NCBI GenBank assembly: GCA_963666055.2
Contig: CAXWPH010000014.1
Coordinates: forward strand, 1 to 64,000
DNA from: Acidobacteriota bacterium
GTDB taxonomy: Bacteria; Acidobacteriota; UBA890; WLXD01
Direction of reading: 5' to 3'
DNA: 64,000 bases
Below the pieces are notes generated by a model, which saw only the letters and a program-made list of their open reading frames with translations, did no database searches and was not told the origin of the DNA. Positions 1 through 12,023 of this stretch are shown piece by piece; the first letter of the stretch is position 1, and the number at the start of each line of letters is the position of its first letter. A program made the position numbers and the translations under genes.

Positions 1-975
1 GTTGGGGCGGTGGCGGCCCTGGTCTGCCGGCCGTATTACGACTGGCTCCACGAGCGCTTGCGCCTACCCGCGGCGGTGGCCGTCCTGGCGGTCTTTCTGT
101 CGGTGTTGGGACCGCTGACGGCGTTTGTCCTGTTCTTCGGTACCATCCTCGTAGGTCAGCTGGTCAGCCTCGCCGCTCATCTTCCCGAATGGTGGGAGTT
201 GCTGCGGCTATGGGTGATGCAGCGTGTCCCGGAGGTGGCGGAGCTGATCGAGCGCAGCGGCGCTGGCGAGCGACTTCGCAGCGCCGCTGAATCGCAGTTG
301 TCGACAATTCTGCAGGGGATCCAGAGCATCGGGTTTCAGGCGCTCACCGCCGGCGTCGGCATCGCCCGCGGCGTGGGTGCCTTGCTCGGATGGGCCGTGG
401 TCCCGGTGTACTTCGCCTATTTCCTGACCTCCCGGGGAGTGCGCGTCGACGCCGACCGGCTGCTGCCCTTCCTGAAATCCGAGACCCGGCGCGACGTGAT
501 GTACCTGGGGCAGGAGTTCGTCGACATCAGCGTGGCGTTCTTTCGTGGCCAACTGGTGATCGCGTTTCTCCAGGGGTTGATGTACGCCGCCGGCTTCAGC
601 CTCGTCGGCCTGCGCTACGGGTTCGTCATCGGCCTGCTGCTCGGCATGTTGAACGTCATCCCGTACCTGGGGAGCATCATCGGGCTCGGGATCGCGCTGC
701 CGTTGGCGCTGTTTCAGGAGGGTGGAGGGCTGGTGCCGTGCGCCCTGGTGCTGGCGGTGTTCGCGATCGTGCAGCAGATCGAGGGTTGGGTGCTCACACC
801 GAAGATCATGGGCGACCGGACCGGGCTACATTTCATGGCCATCATCGTGGCGATCTTCTTCTGGGGCACTGCCCTCGGGGGTATCCTCGGCATGATCCTG
901 GCGATTCCGCTGACCGCGTTCCTCGCCTCGCTGTGGCGCCTGGCGCGCGAGAAGTACATTCCGGAGATTCTCTAG
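1..975 (+). CDS. AI-2E family transporter (5' partial)
   Basis: Multi-TM ORF with FFRGQL, LNVIPYLG, QQIEGWVLTPKIMG and GILGMILAIPLTA motifs typical of AI-2E/PerM. Confidence 0.9.
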   Translation, partial: VGAVAALVCRPYYDWLHERLRLPAAVAVLAVFLSVLGPLTAFVLFFGTILVGQLVSLAAHLPEWWELLRLWVMQRVPEVAELIERSGAGERLRSAAESQLSTILQGIQSIGFQALTAGVGIARGVGALLGWAVVPVYFAYFLTSRGVRVDADRLLPFLKSETRRDVMYLGQEFVDISVAFFRGQLVIAFLQGLMYAAGFSLVGLRYGFVIGLLLGMLNVIPYLGSIIGLGIALPLALFQEGGGLVPCALVLAVFAIVQQIEGWVLTPKIMGDRTGLHFMAIIVAIFFWGTALGGILGMILAIPLTAFLASLWRLAREKYIPEIL

Positions 976-1037
976 CAGGCCGTGTGGCAGTGTGGCGGGC
1001 CTGGCGACAGGGTCTTGCGAGGCGGAGGCAAGGAGAG
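972..1037. repeat. Partial copy (one end) of the CTAGCAGG MITE-like element
   Basis: ctagcaggccgtgtggcagtgtggcgggcctggcgacagggtcttgcgag...gcaaggagag matches the reverse complement of the right end of 15034-15312; its CTAG supplies the AI-2E stop codon. Confidence 0.85.
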
Positions 1038-1110
1038 TTGCGCATGGACGACACGCAGTGGGTCTGAGCAACGCCCGGCGTGTTGTTGAGAGCCTCCGCG
1101 GAGACCGCGC

Positions 1111-3063
<1,953 letters not shown>

Positions 3064-3072
3064 GCTTGCCGT

Positions 3073-4410
3073 TCACCGTGAGCCAAACGGGAACGAGAAG
3101 CCGAGAACCAGCGTCAGGCGGCGATAGCTGCTATCGAAGTCCCCGGCGGCTGATCGAGGCGTCGCCCGCGAGGTACCGAACGCGCCGATCACGCCAAGCG
3201 TGAAATCGGTGTCACCCGTGGAGAACGTGGCGCCGGCGGCAGCGTGCACGATGTTCCATCGTGTGAACGCCACGTTCGAGACACTTCCGTCCACCACCGA
3301 GCTGCGATCGCTGCGGATGCTAGCGTATCCGGTAACCTCCGAACCGAAACGGTGCTCGAAGCCAACCGCGGCGTTGATCACGCCGCCGGCTTGCTGTTGC
3401 AGCGAGGGATCGAGTATGACGTCGCCCGTTGCTGCCACCAACGGGAGCGCTTCGACCACGGTGTAAAGACCCTGAGGAGCGAACCATTCGAGCGTCAGGT
3501 GGACGCGGGACTCGCCCAACGATCGTGAGCCCCCGGCGGCCACAGACAGCGGCGATTCGAATCGCGCCTCGAGGCCCTGCTGGCCGACGCTGGCGACGCT
3601 CGGCGGCGCCCCGCTAACGCCTATCCGTACGTCGTCGACCGCCACCTGTCCGTTGCCTCCGAGCGACAGGCCCGGCAGGGTGAGCGTTGCGCCCAGGTCC
3701 CAACCCTCGAGGCGGGTACCCACGCCAAGCTTCCAGACCATCCGCCAGTGACCGCACTTGTAGTCGTCGGTTTGCAGGACTAGCGCCGCATCTTCCTGGT
3801 CACCGGCGGCGGTGAAGATGCGCTGGGCAAAACCGCGGTGGTTCCGGCTGACCACGAAGGTGCTGATCCCGACACCGAAGCGATCGCCGACTGGACGCGC
3901 CCAGGTAAGACCGCCCCAGTACTCGGTCAGCCGGTGATCCAACCGCACGGAATCCGTCACCGCGCCTTCTGAGGACAGGCCAAGACCCGAGGAACCGGTG
4001 TCCGCCGAGAAGCCCCGCAAGTCGAAACCCGACTGTTGACGGGTCAAGAACGAGTACGCGAGCCGGCTATTGCCGAGGAATCCGAAGCGCAGCTCACCGG
4101 CGAACAGCGAAGGGCTCAGAGCGAACCGACTTGCCGACAGCGCCCGTGAGCTCTCCCTCTGGGTGAGATCGATCGTGGTCAGCTCGAAGACGGTCCCCGA
4201 CAGCAACAGCTCGGGACGCTCCACAAGCGCCAACCGGCCGGGGTTGTAATACACAGCGCTCAGGTCGCTGGCGCTACCGACGGCGGACCCTCCCAGCAAG
4301 CGAGCGCGGTTGCCGTATTGGATGGTCCAGTAGTTGCTGTCCTGCGCCGACGCGACGCGCGGAGCGGCGAGCCAAAGTAGGACAACTACGATCGTCCACT
4401 TGGTTCGCAC
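3073..4410 (-). CDS. Outer-membrane beta-barrel, FadL/OmpP1-like
   Basis: Signal peptide, G-A-VGSASDLSAVYYNPGRL hatch-like motif, alternating strands, terminal GFSF. Confidence 0.65.
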   Translation of the reverse strand: MRTKWTIVVVLLWLAAPRVASAQDSNYWTIQYGNRARLLGGSAVGSASDLSAVYYNPGRLALVERPELLLSGTVFELTTIDLTQRESSRALSASRFALSPSLFAGELRFGFLGNSRLAYSFLTRQQSGFDLRGFSADTGSSGLGLSSEGAVTDSVRLDHRLTEYWGGLTWARPVGDRFGVGISTFVVSRNHRGFAQRIFTAAGDQEDAALVLQTDDYKCGHWRMVWKLGVGTRLEGWDLGATLTLPGLSLGGNGQVAVDDVRIGVSGAPPSVASVGQQGLEARFESPLSVAAGGSRSLGESRVHLTLEWFAPQGLYTVVEALPLVAATGDVILDPSLQQQAGGVINAAVGFEHRFGSEVTGYASIRSDRSSVVDGSVSNVAFTRWNIVHAAAGATFSTGDTDFTLGVIGAFGTSRATPRSAAGDFDSSYRRLTLVLGFSFPFGSR

Positions 4411-4463
4411 ACCCCCTCCACAAGATCGGCCGATCTCCAGCTGGCGTCCGGCCGCGTGTCTGT

Positions 4464-6038
4464 TCAGTCGCCAAACTCCAGGCTCTGGGCCAGCGGTAGC
4501 TCGACGCTCCAGTTGATCGTGCTCGTTTGCCGCCGCATGTAAGCCTTCCAGGCGTCGGAGCCCGACTCACGGCCACCACCGGTCTCCTTCTCGCCACCGA
4601 AAGCGCCGCCGATCTCTGCACCGCTGGTGCCGATGTTGACGTTGGCAATGCCACAATCGCTACCCCGGTGGGAGAGAAACAGCTCGATCTCGCGCACGTG
4701 GTCGCTGAAGATCGCCGAGGACAGGCCCTGCGGAACGTCATTGTGCAGCCTGATCGCCTCCGCAACTTCATCCACCGCTTGTGCAGGCGTCGCCTCGGCC
4801 GTGCCGTACGAGATGATGTAGAGAATCGGCGCGAAGGTCTCTTCCTGGACGATGGCGAGGGAGTTCTCCACCACGGCAACGCAAGGCGTTACGTAGTGGC
4901 CGCCGGGATAACGGGCGCCTTCCAGCCGCTCGCCGCCACAGGCGATCTCGCCGCCCGCATCGCGCACCTGTTGCAGCGCCCTCATCATCGCCTCGACGGC
5001 CCCCACCGTCACCAGCGGTCCCATCAACGTGGCGCCGTCGCACGGATCGCCGATAGCGATGCTCTCGTAGGCGCCGCACAGACGACGAACCAGCTCGTCA
5101 TGTTTGCTGGCATGAACGATGATGCGCCGCGTCGAGGTACAGCGCTGGCCGGCGGTGCCCACGGCACCGAACAAGATCGCCGGCAACGCCAGGTCCATAT
5201 TGGCGTTCGGCGTGACGATGATTGCGTTGTTGCCGCCCAGCTCGAGGATCGTTCGCCCGAGGCGGTGGCCGACCGCCTCGGCCACCCTGTGGCCCATCGT
5301 GCAGCTGCCGGTGGCTGATACCAGTGAGACACGGCGGTCGGCCAACAAACGCTCACCAACCGTGCGCCCGGGTCCGACAACAAGCGAGAAGATAGCCGGA
5401 TCGACGCCGTTGCGCTGGCAAACGTCGGCCGCGATCTTGGTACACGCAATGGCGGTGAGCGGCGTCTTGCTCGCCGGTTTCCACAACGAGGCATTGCCGC
5501 ACACCGCCGAGATCGTGACGTTCCAGCTCCACACCGCCACCGGGAAGTTGAAGGCGGTGATAATGCCTACTACGCCGAGCGGGTGCCATTGCTCGTACAT
5601 CCGGTGATCGGGCCGCTCGGAGTGCATGGTGAGGCCGTAGAGCTGCCGCGAGAGCCCGGTGGCGAAGTCGCAGATGTCGATCATCTCTTGCACCTCGCCC
5701 TCGCCTTCTGCCTGGATCTTTCCCATCTCCAGGGTCACGAGCCGTCCGAGATCCGTCTTAGCCGAACGTAAGCGCTCGCCGATCTGTCGAACGATCTCGC
5801 CACGGCGGGGGGCGGGCACCGAGCACCAGCCCGCGAACGCCTCGTAGGCTCGCGCGGCAACGGTGTCGTACTCCTGTTCGGTGACCTGACGCACGCCGGC
5901 GAGCCTACTGCCGTCGATCGGCGTAATGACGTCGAGGAGCGGTCCCGAACCGATCCAGTCGCCGCAGAACCCTCCGGGATTCTCGCTGTTGATTCCGAGC
6001 CTTCCCAGCGCCTCGTCCATCAGATGCACCTCAGCCAT
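4464..6038 (-). CDS. Aldehyde dehydrogenase family 7 (L-piperideine-6-carboxylate dehydrogenase-like)
   Basis: GEVQEMIDICDFATGLSRQLYG, LELGGNN, GQRCT, SGAEIGGAFGGEKETGGGRESGSDAWKAY. Confidence 0.9.
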   Translation of the reverse strand: MAEVHLMDEALGRLGINSENPGGFCGDWIGSGPLLDVITPIDGSRLAGVRQVTEQEYDTVAARAYEAFAGWCSVPAPRRGEIVRQIGERLRSAKTDLGRLVTLEMGKIQAEGEGEVQEMIDICDFATGLSRQLYGLTMHSERPDHRMYEQWHPLGVVGIITAFNFPVAVWSWNVTISAVCGNASLWKPASKTPLTAIACTKIAADVCQRNGVDPAIFSLVVGPGRTVGERLLADRRVSLVSATGSCTMGHRVAEAVGHRLGRTILELGGNNAIIVTPNANMDLALPAILFGAVGTAGQRCTSTRRIIVHASKHDELVRRLCGAYESIAIGDPCDGATLMGPLVTVGAVEAMMRALQQVRDAGGEIACGGERLEGARYPGGHYVTPCVAVVENSLAIVQEETFAPILYIISYGTAEATPAQAVDEVAEAIRLHNDVPQGLSSAIFSDHVREIELFLSHRGSDCGIANVNIGTSGAEIGGAFGGEKETGGGRESGSDAWKAYMRRQTSTINWSVELPLAQSLEFGD

Positions 6039-6232
6039 CGAAGGTCCCCCGAGTTGATTGCCGTAACTCTATGCCACGCCGCGCACGACCAAGAGCCACC
6101 AGGCCGGCCTCCCGCCAACGCTACCACCGGCGGCACACGGCGCCGGCGACCGGCGCCCTCCGGTTGTGGGACCGCGAGCATACCTGTAACTTCCCGGCCG
6201 ACCCCGTTCCCGCTCCCAACACAGGAGTCCCT

Positions 6233-6547
6233 ATGTCGAACATTGGCAAGTACGCGTTCCTTGGCGGCGTCGGGTTGGCGCTCGTCATGGCGTTCGTGAA
6301 CGTACCCAACGGCGTCCTGATCCTTGCGGTTCTCGGCCTCGTCGTCGGGTTCCTCAATGTCAGCGGCTCCGAATCGCAGGGCTTCCTGATCGCCGCCATA
6401 GCCCTGATGCTGACCGCCACGTCGGTCAGCGTTATCCCGGAGGTAGGCGGAATCGTCACCACAATCACCGGCAACCTGGCCGCCTTCGTGGCGCCCGCGG
6501 CACTCCTCGTGGCTCTGAAGTCGCTGTTGGAGAGCTCCAAAGACTAG
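6233..6547 (+). CDS. Small multi-TM membrane protein of unknown function (104 aa)
   Basis: AGGAG RBS before ATG 6233; LGLVVGFLNV..E...FLIAAIAL...FVAPAALLVALK. Confidence 0.8.
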   Translation: MSNIGKYAFLGGVGLALVMAFVNVPNGVLILAVLGLVVGFLNVSGSESQGFLIAAIALMLTATSVSVIPEVGGIVTTITGNLAAFVAPAALLVALKSLLESSKD

Positions 6548-6570
6548 CGCCCCATAGACAAGTCGAACCG

Positions 6571-6607
6571 CGGCCTCCGGGCGCCGGCCCGGAGGCCGTT
6601 TCGGTTT
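6571..6607 (+). terminator. Probable intrinsic terminator
   Basis: Perfect 12-bp stem cggcctccgggc/gcccggaggccg, 4-nt loop, followed by tttcggttt. Confidence 0.55.
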
Positions 6608-6648
6608 GTGATGGCGCCACCAAGCAGGCCGCTACAATACCGCTCGCC

Positions 6649-8157
6649 ATGTTATCCAGCGCCAAAGATCCGCTATCGTCGGCAACGCCGCCGAGGCTGA
6701 CGCGACAGCTGGGGTTGGCCGGCCTCGTCGCCACCGGTATCTGCTCGATGATGGGCGCCGCCATCAACATCGTGCCGTTGATGGTGCAGCGCAGCGTGCC
6801 CGGTATCGGGCCGTATGTGCTGCCGGCGTATCTGCTAGCGGTGGTACCGGCGGTGCTGGCCGCCATGGCTTACGCGATCCTGGCATCGGCCATGCCCCGC
6901 GCCGGCGGTAGCTACGTCTATGTGAGCCGCTCCTTGAACCCCTACCTCGGCTTCGTCGCGAGCTTTTCGCAGTGGTTCGGGTTATGTGTAGCGATCGGCG
7001 TGGTCTCGTATCTCCTGGTGCCGTTCCTGCGCGATATCGCCACGACGCTCGAGTACTCGGATCTCGCCGCGCTCATCGCCGACGGTCCGGGACGGGTCAT
7101 CGTAGCGCTGGCGTTTCTATGGACCTTCATCGGCGTGAACGTGATCGGACTACGGCTGTACGAGCGCATCCTGGTGCCGTTGATGGTCCTCATGTTCCTC
7201 GGCGGGGCGGTGGTCATCGTCGCCGGGTTCTCGTTCGACCCGAGCGACTTCGCTGCCGCGGTGGAGGCTCGTGACGGCGTCAAGATCACACTCGACGGCA
7301 CGGCGACGTTTCGCACCTCGACGTTCCTCAGCGCGTCGGTGATCCTGTTTTCCAGCTTCATCGGCTTTGACTCGATCGCGCAGGCCGGCGGCGAGTCCCG
7401 TAACCCGGCACGCGACCTGCCGCTGGCGATCGGCATCGCGGTGTTCTCGGTCGGCGGCTTCTATCTGGCGTTCACCGCTGCCGTCTATCACGCCATCCCC
7501 TGGGCGTATGTCGCCGAGCGCGCGCTGCTTGAGGACCTCACCGCTCCCGGCCTGCTCGGCTACCTGCTTTCACCCCGGTGGACGGTGGCAATCGTGGCGG
7601 GGGCCGCGATTGCGCTCATCAACGACCTCCCGGCCATGCTCCTGTCGGTGTCCCGCCTGATGCTCGCCTGGGCAGAAGACGGCATCTTCCCGGCTTTCGT
7701 CAAGCGCATTCACGCCCGACGGCGCACGCCTCATATCGCCATTCTCATCAGCGGTGCCATGGCCACCGCGGGTGTCGCGGGAAGTCACCTGGCAGGCGAC
7801 TTCTTTCTCGGCGTCGACGTCCTGGTCACCGCAATGTTGGTGAACTTCCTGTTGGTTTGTCTGTCTGTGGTCTGCATCTCGAGACGCAACCCGGCTCTCG
7901 CAGGCGCCATTCAGGTAGCGCGCTCGGGTGCCGTGCGCACAGCGATCGGCCTCAGTGGGATGGCGCTGCTAGGTCTCTACCTGACCGTGCACTTGTGGAA
8001 GGATCTGCGCGCTCCGGTCGACGCGTGGTACCTGCGATCGACCTGGATCTGGGTGCTGGTGATGATCGGCGGTAGCCTGGTGTTTGTCTCGAAGTGGCGC
8101 GCCATCGCCGCCGATCCGGCCCGCCGCCGGAGGTTCAAAGACCTACCGCCCGAGTAG
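6649..8157 (+). CDS. APC family amino acid permease
   Basis: About 12 TM; SAMPRAGGSYVY, FIGFDSIAQAGGE, RRTPHIAI. Confidence 0.9.
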   Translation: MLSSAKDPLSSATPPRLTRQLGLAGLVATGICSMMGAAINIVPLMVQRSVPGIGPYVLPAYLLAVVPAVLAAMAYAILASAMPRAGGSYVYVSRSLNPYLGFVASFSQWFGLCVAIGVVSYLLVPFLRDIATTLEYSDLAALIADGPGRVIVALAFLWTFIGVNVIGLRLYERILVPLMVLMFLGGAVVIVAGFSFDPSDFAAAVEARDGVKITLDGTATFRTSTFLSASVILFSSFIGFDSIAQAGGESRNPARDLPLAIGIAVFSVGGFYLAFTAAVYHAIPWAYVAERALLEDLTAPGLLGYLLSPRWTVAIVAGAAIALINDLPAMLLSVSRLMLAWAEDGIFPAFVKRIHARRRTPHIAILISGAMATAGVAGSHLAGDFFLGVDVLVTAMLVNFLLVCLSVVCISRRNPALAGAIQVARSGAVRTAIGLSGMALLGLYLTVHLWKDLRAPVDAWYLRSTWIWVLVMIGGSLVFVSKWRAIAADPARRRRFKDLPPE

Positions 8158-8165
8158 GCGATCCT

Positions 8166-8323
8166 CTGGCAGGCCGTAACCCGTTGGGCGGGTGGGTCTT
8201 GCTGGCGATCTCAGCGTCAGAGCTCCTCGACGATGACCCTGGCATCGCCCTCGTCGCTCTTCCTTGATCTCGCCAGCAAGACCCACCCGCCAGACCCATC
8301 AGAGTTTTTCAGCACCCTGCTAG
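8166..8323. mobile_element. Palindromic MITE-like element abutting the tRNA-Arg 3' end
   Basis: Ends ctggcaggccg.../...gagtttttcagcaccctgctag; perfect 22-bp inverted arms 8187-8208 and 8270-8291 enclose the conserved core (8212-8265, minus strand). Confidence 0.75.
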
Positions 8324-8396
8324 TGCCCCCGCCAGGACTCGAACCTGGGCACCCGGCTTAGGAGGCCGGTGCTCTATCCACCTGAGCTACGAGGGC
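8324..8396 (-). tRNA. tRNA-Arg(CCT), CCA not encoded
   Basis: Cloverleaf gccctcgtagctcagg...ccggc-ctCCTaa-gccgg...ggttcgagtcc...gggggca. Confidence 0.95.
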
Positions 8397-8630
8397 GAAA
8401 GGAGTTATCCGTTGAGGATACCCGCTGGTTCGCTGCAGGCGTTCGCTGTTGCCGCGAAGTTGATCGGGGAAAGGGGGGCTTTCGAGAGTGTCGCGCGTCT
8501 GCTCGAACTGCACTCGAAAGGTGTTTCCATGGGCGACGGGGAGCTCGGGGACCCTCCTTGTCGCGATCCACTGGCGTTGTTAGTGTGACCGACGTCCGGT
8601 GAGCGATCACAGCCCCAAAGGGAGGAGCTG

Positions 8631-9956
8631 ATGGGAGGAGCGCCATCGTCGCTCTGCGGAGCCCGCGTCGTGATCGGCATTGTCCTGGCATCGCTGTGTC
8701 TTGGAGCCCAGTGGACAGCCGACAGGCGCGGAAGCGACAACATCGAGGTCGTCGCTCACGTGCCGCTCGGCGGCGACTCGGTCGCCGATATCGAGATCGA
8801 ACAGGACCTCGACCGTCCCTACGCCTACGTCAGCCGCGATGCCTTCGAGGGCAACGAGCGCGGCATGGACATCATCGACCTGCGCGATCCGGCAAACGCC
8901 TCGGTGCTCTACCGCTGGCGGATCGAGGACTCGGACCTGCACATCGGCGGCGGTCTCGACGTCAAGCTGTTCGAGTGGAACGACCGCCACTACGTGGTGC
9001 AGTCGTTTCAATTCCGTCAGGGCGGCCCTGACGCCGATCTGGGTGCGATCATCTTCGACGTGACCGACCTGCCAGACACCTCGTCGGTGCGCGAAGTCGG
9101 TCGCATTCGCGTCCCGGACCACCCGGGCGGCTTTCACAACATCTTCATCTACAAGCACACCAACGGTCGGGTGCTGCTGTTCACCACCGCCAGCGCGCCG
9201 CACGCGCTGGTATTCGACCTCGGATACATCGTCGACGGGGTCGGCGGCGAGGGAGGGCGTGATGCTCTGGTCGCCAGGGTTCCGGTGGGCATGTCGGAGA
9301 ACGCCCTGCGCGGGTACCACGACATGTACGTGGGCTTTCACCCGGACACCGAGCAGGATCGCTTCTACGGCGGCGGCACCGGCGGCTACTACGTGTACAA
9401 CGTCACCGACCTGGAGAACCCGACGCTGGAAATCTCGCTGACGGGCATCTCCGGAGTGCAGTTCGGCCACACGTTCACGCCGTCACCGGACGGCCGCTAC
9501 GTGATCGCCGAAACCGAGTATCAATACGCGCCGCTGCGCATCTTCGATCTCCAGCCAGCGCTCGATGGGGAGGTCGAGAACATCCGCCAGCCGATCTCCG
9601 CCTGGACCGCCGACTGGCGCCACCTGGTACACAATCACGAAGTGCGCTGGCCGTTCGTCTTCGTTTCCGGCTACGTCGACGGCTTGCAGGTGTTCACGCT
9701 CGCCGACCCACACAATCCGCAGACCATTGCCTGGTACGACACCTATCTCCCAGAGGTCAACGCCGACAACTCTCGGATCGTGTGGGGTGCCTTCGGGGTC
9801 GACGTGCGCAACGCGGACGGGCTGATCGTCCTCTCCGACGCCTACTCCGGATTCTGGGCCTTCCGTATGGAGGGCTTCAGCGGCTGGAACGGCGACGATT
9901 GGGGGGTGCCCGACATCTCCAGCGTACAGAAGTGGGATCGGGGGCCGGCGCAATGA
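8631..9956 (+). CDS. Secreted LVIVD-repeat beta-propeller protein
   Basis: Repeated xIIDLRDP/IFDVTD/YNVTDLENP/VFTLADPHNP units, HNIF and HNHEV motifs, GAFGVDVR, signal-like N-terminus. Confidence 0.75.
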   Translation: MGGAPSSLCGARVVIGIVLASLCLGAQWTADRRGSDNIEVVAHVPLGGDSVADIEIEQDLDRPYAYVSRDAFEGNERGMDIIDLRDPANASVLYRWRIEDSDLHIGGGLDVKLFEWNDRHYVVQSFQFRQGGPDADLGAIIFDVTDLPDTSSVREVGRIRVPDHPGGFHNIFIYKHTNGRVLLFTTASAPHALVFDLGYIVDGVGGEGGRDALVARVPVGMSENALRGYHDMYVGFHPDTEQDRFYGGGTGGYYVYNVTDLENPTLEISLTGISGVQFGHTFTPSPDGRYVIAETEYQYAPLRIFDLQPALDGEVENIRQPISAWTADWRHLVHNHEVRWPFVFVSGYVDGLQVFTLADPHNPQTIAWYDTYLPEVNADNSRIVWGAFGVDVRNADGLIVLSDAYSGFWAFRMEGFSGWNGDDWGVPDISSVQKWDRGPAQ

Positions 9957-9975
9957 CGGAGCCCGGCGTCGCGCC

Positions 9976-11205
9976 ATGCCCCGGGTTCTGATACTGATCC
10001 CAGCCACGACATATCGAGCCGACGCGCTCCTGGGGGCTGCCGCTCGTCTCGGCGTCGACGTCGTGGTGGGTACGAACCGACACCAGGCTCTCGAGTCGCT
10101 TCCGGGCGCGGCGACGCTGACCCTCGACTTTGAAGATCCGGATGCCGCATGGCGGGCGATCGCCGCGCGCCACGCCGAACAGCCGCTGACCGCAATCCTC
10201 GGACCCGACGACGAGACGACCTTGCTGGCAGCCACCGCAGCGGCCAATCTCGGACTTGCCGGGAATCCACCGGCGGCGGTGATCATGGCGCGCGACAAGT
10301 TTCGACTACGACAGCGGCTCGCCGCATGCAACATAGCGGGGCCGAAGTTCTGGAGCGTTGCACCTGCCGATATTGAACAACTGGCACACGAGGTGCCCTA
10401 TCCGTGCGTCATCAAGCCGACGTTTCTGTCAGCTTCGCGCGGCGTCATTCGGGCCGACTCTCCCGACCAGCTGCTGGGCGCTGCAGATCGCATCGTCAGA
10501 CTGCTCGATCAGCCTGACGTGCGTGAGCGTCGTCCGACCGAAGGCCACCAGCTGCTGATCGAGAGCTATCTGCCCGGCGTAGAGGTAGCTGTCGAAGGCT
10601 TACTGGTGGGCGGCACCATGCGTCTGCTGGCGATATTCGACAAGCCGGATCCACTCGAGGGGCCGTTCTTCGAGGAGACGCTCTACATCACACCTTCACG
10701 GCTACCGGAGCGTGAGCAACGGGCGGCAGTCGACACCACAGAGGCCGCCATCGCCGCGCTCGGGCTCACCCATGGTCCGGTCCATGCAGAGCTCCGCATC
10801 CACGAGGGGGCAGCGATGCTGCTCGAAGTAGCGCCGCGGAGCATCGGCGGTCGATGCGGTGGCGTGCTCCGGTTCGGTGCCGAGATCAGCCTGGAGGAGC
10901 TGGTAATGCGTGCGGCTTTGGGCTACGACGTGGACGGGCTGACACGCGAGAGCTCGGCGGCCGGAGTGATGATGATCCCGATTCCCCGCGCCGGCACCCT
11001 ACGGTGCGTCGAGGGACTCGCCGCGGCGCGCTCAGTCAGCGGTATCGACGAGATCAAGATCTCGATCCTGAGCGGCCAAGCGCTGGTGCCCTTACCGGAA
11101 GGGAATCGGTACCTGGGATTCATTTTCGCCCGGGCGGCGGAGCCATCCGATGTCGAAGCGGCGCTGCGCGACGCCCATGCCCGGCTGCGCTTCGTGATCG
11201 ACTAG
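9976..11205 (+). CDS. ATP-grasp domain protein (L-amino acid ligase-like)
   Basis: YPCVIKP..LSASRGVIRA, ESYLPGVEVAVEG, HGPVHAELR, EVAPRSIGG. Confidence 0.85.
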   Translation: MPRVLILIPATTYRADALLGAAARLGVDVVVGTNRHQALESLPGAATLTLDFEDPDAAWRAIAARHAEQPLTAILGPDDETTLLAATAAANLGLAGNPPAAVIMARDKFRLRQRLAACNIAGPKFWSVAPADIEQLAHEVPYPCVIKPTFLSASRGVIRADSPDQLLGAADRIVRLLDQPDVRERRPTEGHQLLIESYLPGVEVAVEGLLVGGTMRLLAIFDKPDPLEGPFFEETLYITPSRLPEREQRAAVDTTEAAIAALGLTHGPVHAELRIHEGAAMLLEVAPRSIGGRCGGVLRFGAEISLEELVMRAALGYDVDGLTRESSAAGVMMIPIPRAGTLRCVEGLAAARSVSGIDEIKISILSGQALVPLPEGNRYLGFIFARAAEPSDVEAALRDAHARLRFVID

Positions 11206-11222
11206 CGAGCTCGCCGTGAGGC

Positions 11223-11840
11223 CTACTTGCCAGGCGAGAAGTACGGGTTTGTCCCGGAGGCGTGATCGGTGGTGTCGAGCACCTCGATCACTTCCGGGAT
11301 CTCGTCTTTCAGAACCCGCTCGATACCCTGCTTGAGGGTCACATCGACCATACCGCAACCCTGGCATCCACCTCCCAGCTTCAGGTAGACACGGCCGGCT
11401 TCGTAGTCGATCAGTGAGACCCAGCCGCCGTGACTGGCAACACCAGGATTGATCCGCTCTTCGAGAATCTGCTGCACCTTGGCGGCTACCGGGTCCTGCA
11501 TCAGGGGCGGCAGGTTGGGGTTGTCGACTACAAAGCCGCTGCCGCGAACGTCGTCGACAAAATCCACCTTGCTGCCTTGCATGTACATGAGCGAGTACCG
11601 ATCGACGAGTAGCTCAACGCCGCCTTGCGAAAGTACCTCGTCGCCACCATGGCGCTCGTCGAACGTAAAGCCATATTCGTAGGCAGCTTTGCTGCCGCCC
11701 TGGATAAATATCCGCAGGTGCTTGCCGGCAGCCTCATCGTGCTGGGCGGCGAACTCGGTAACCTTGGCAATCGCCGCTTCCGTCAACCGGACCGGCGGCG
11801 AAGCCACTTCGGTAGCGCGCTGATCGGATGCTTCCATCAC
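11223..11840 (-). CDS. nfuA: Fe-S biogenesis protein NfuA (degenerate A-type domain + NifU C-terminal domain)
   Basis: N-terminal HesB-like domain lacking Cys; C-terminal INPGVASHGG...GGGCQGC. Confidence 0.85.
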   Translation of the reverse strand: MMEASDQRATEVASPPVRLTEAAIAKVTEFAAQHDEAAGKHLRIFIQGGSKAAYEYGFTFDERHGGDEVLSQGGVELLVDRYSLMYMQGSKVDFVDDVRGSGFVVDNPNLPPLMQDPVAAKVQQILEERINPGVASHGGWVSLIDYEAGRVYLKLGGGCQGCGMVDVTLKQGIERVLKDEIPEVIEVLDTTDHASGTNPYFSPGK

Positions 11841-12023
11841 TCCCTACCCTGGTCGAAGGTTCGTTGACCAGGAGTCTAGCACCACCGGCCGGTGCTACAA
11901 TCGCCCGCCTCGGCCCGCAGGGAGCCCCGGCCCGCGAGGACACGTGAACCTAGACCCGTTATCGACTCGCTGGCGTAGGTTTACCGGATCCGTTGTCAGG
12001 GTGGTAGCAAAAGCGACGACAGC

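Noticed and set aside
11223-11840. Missing cysteines in the HesB-like domain as a defect
   Set aside because: A degenerate A-type domain is the known NfuA architecture.
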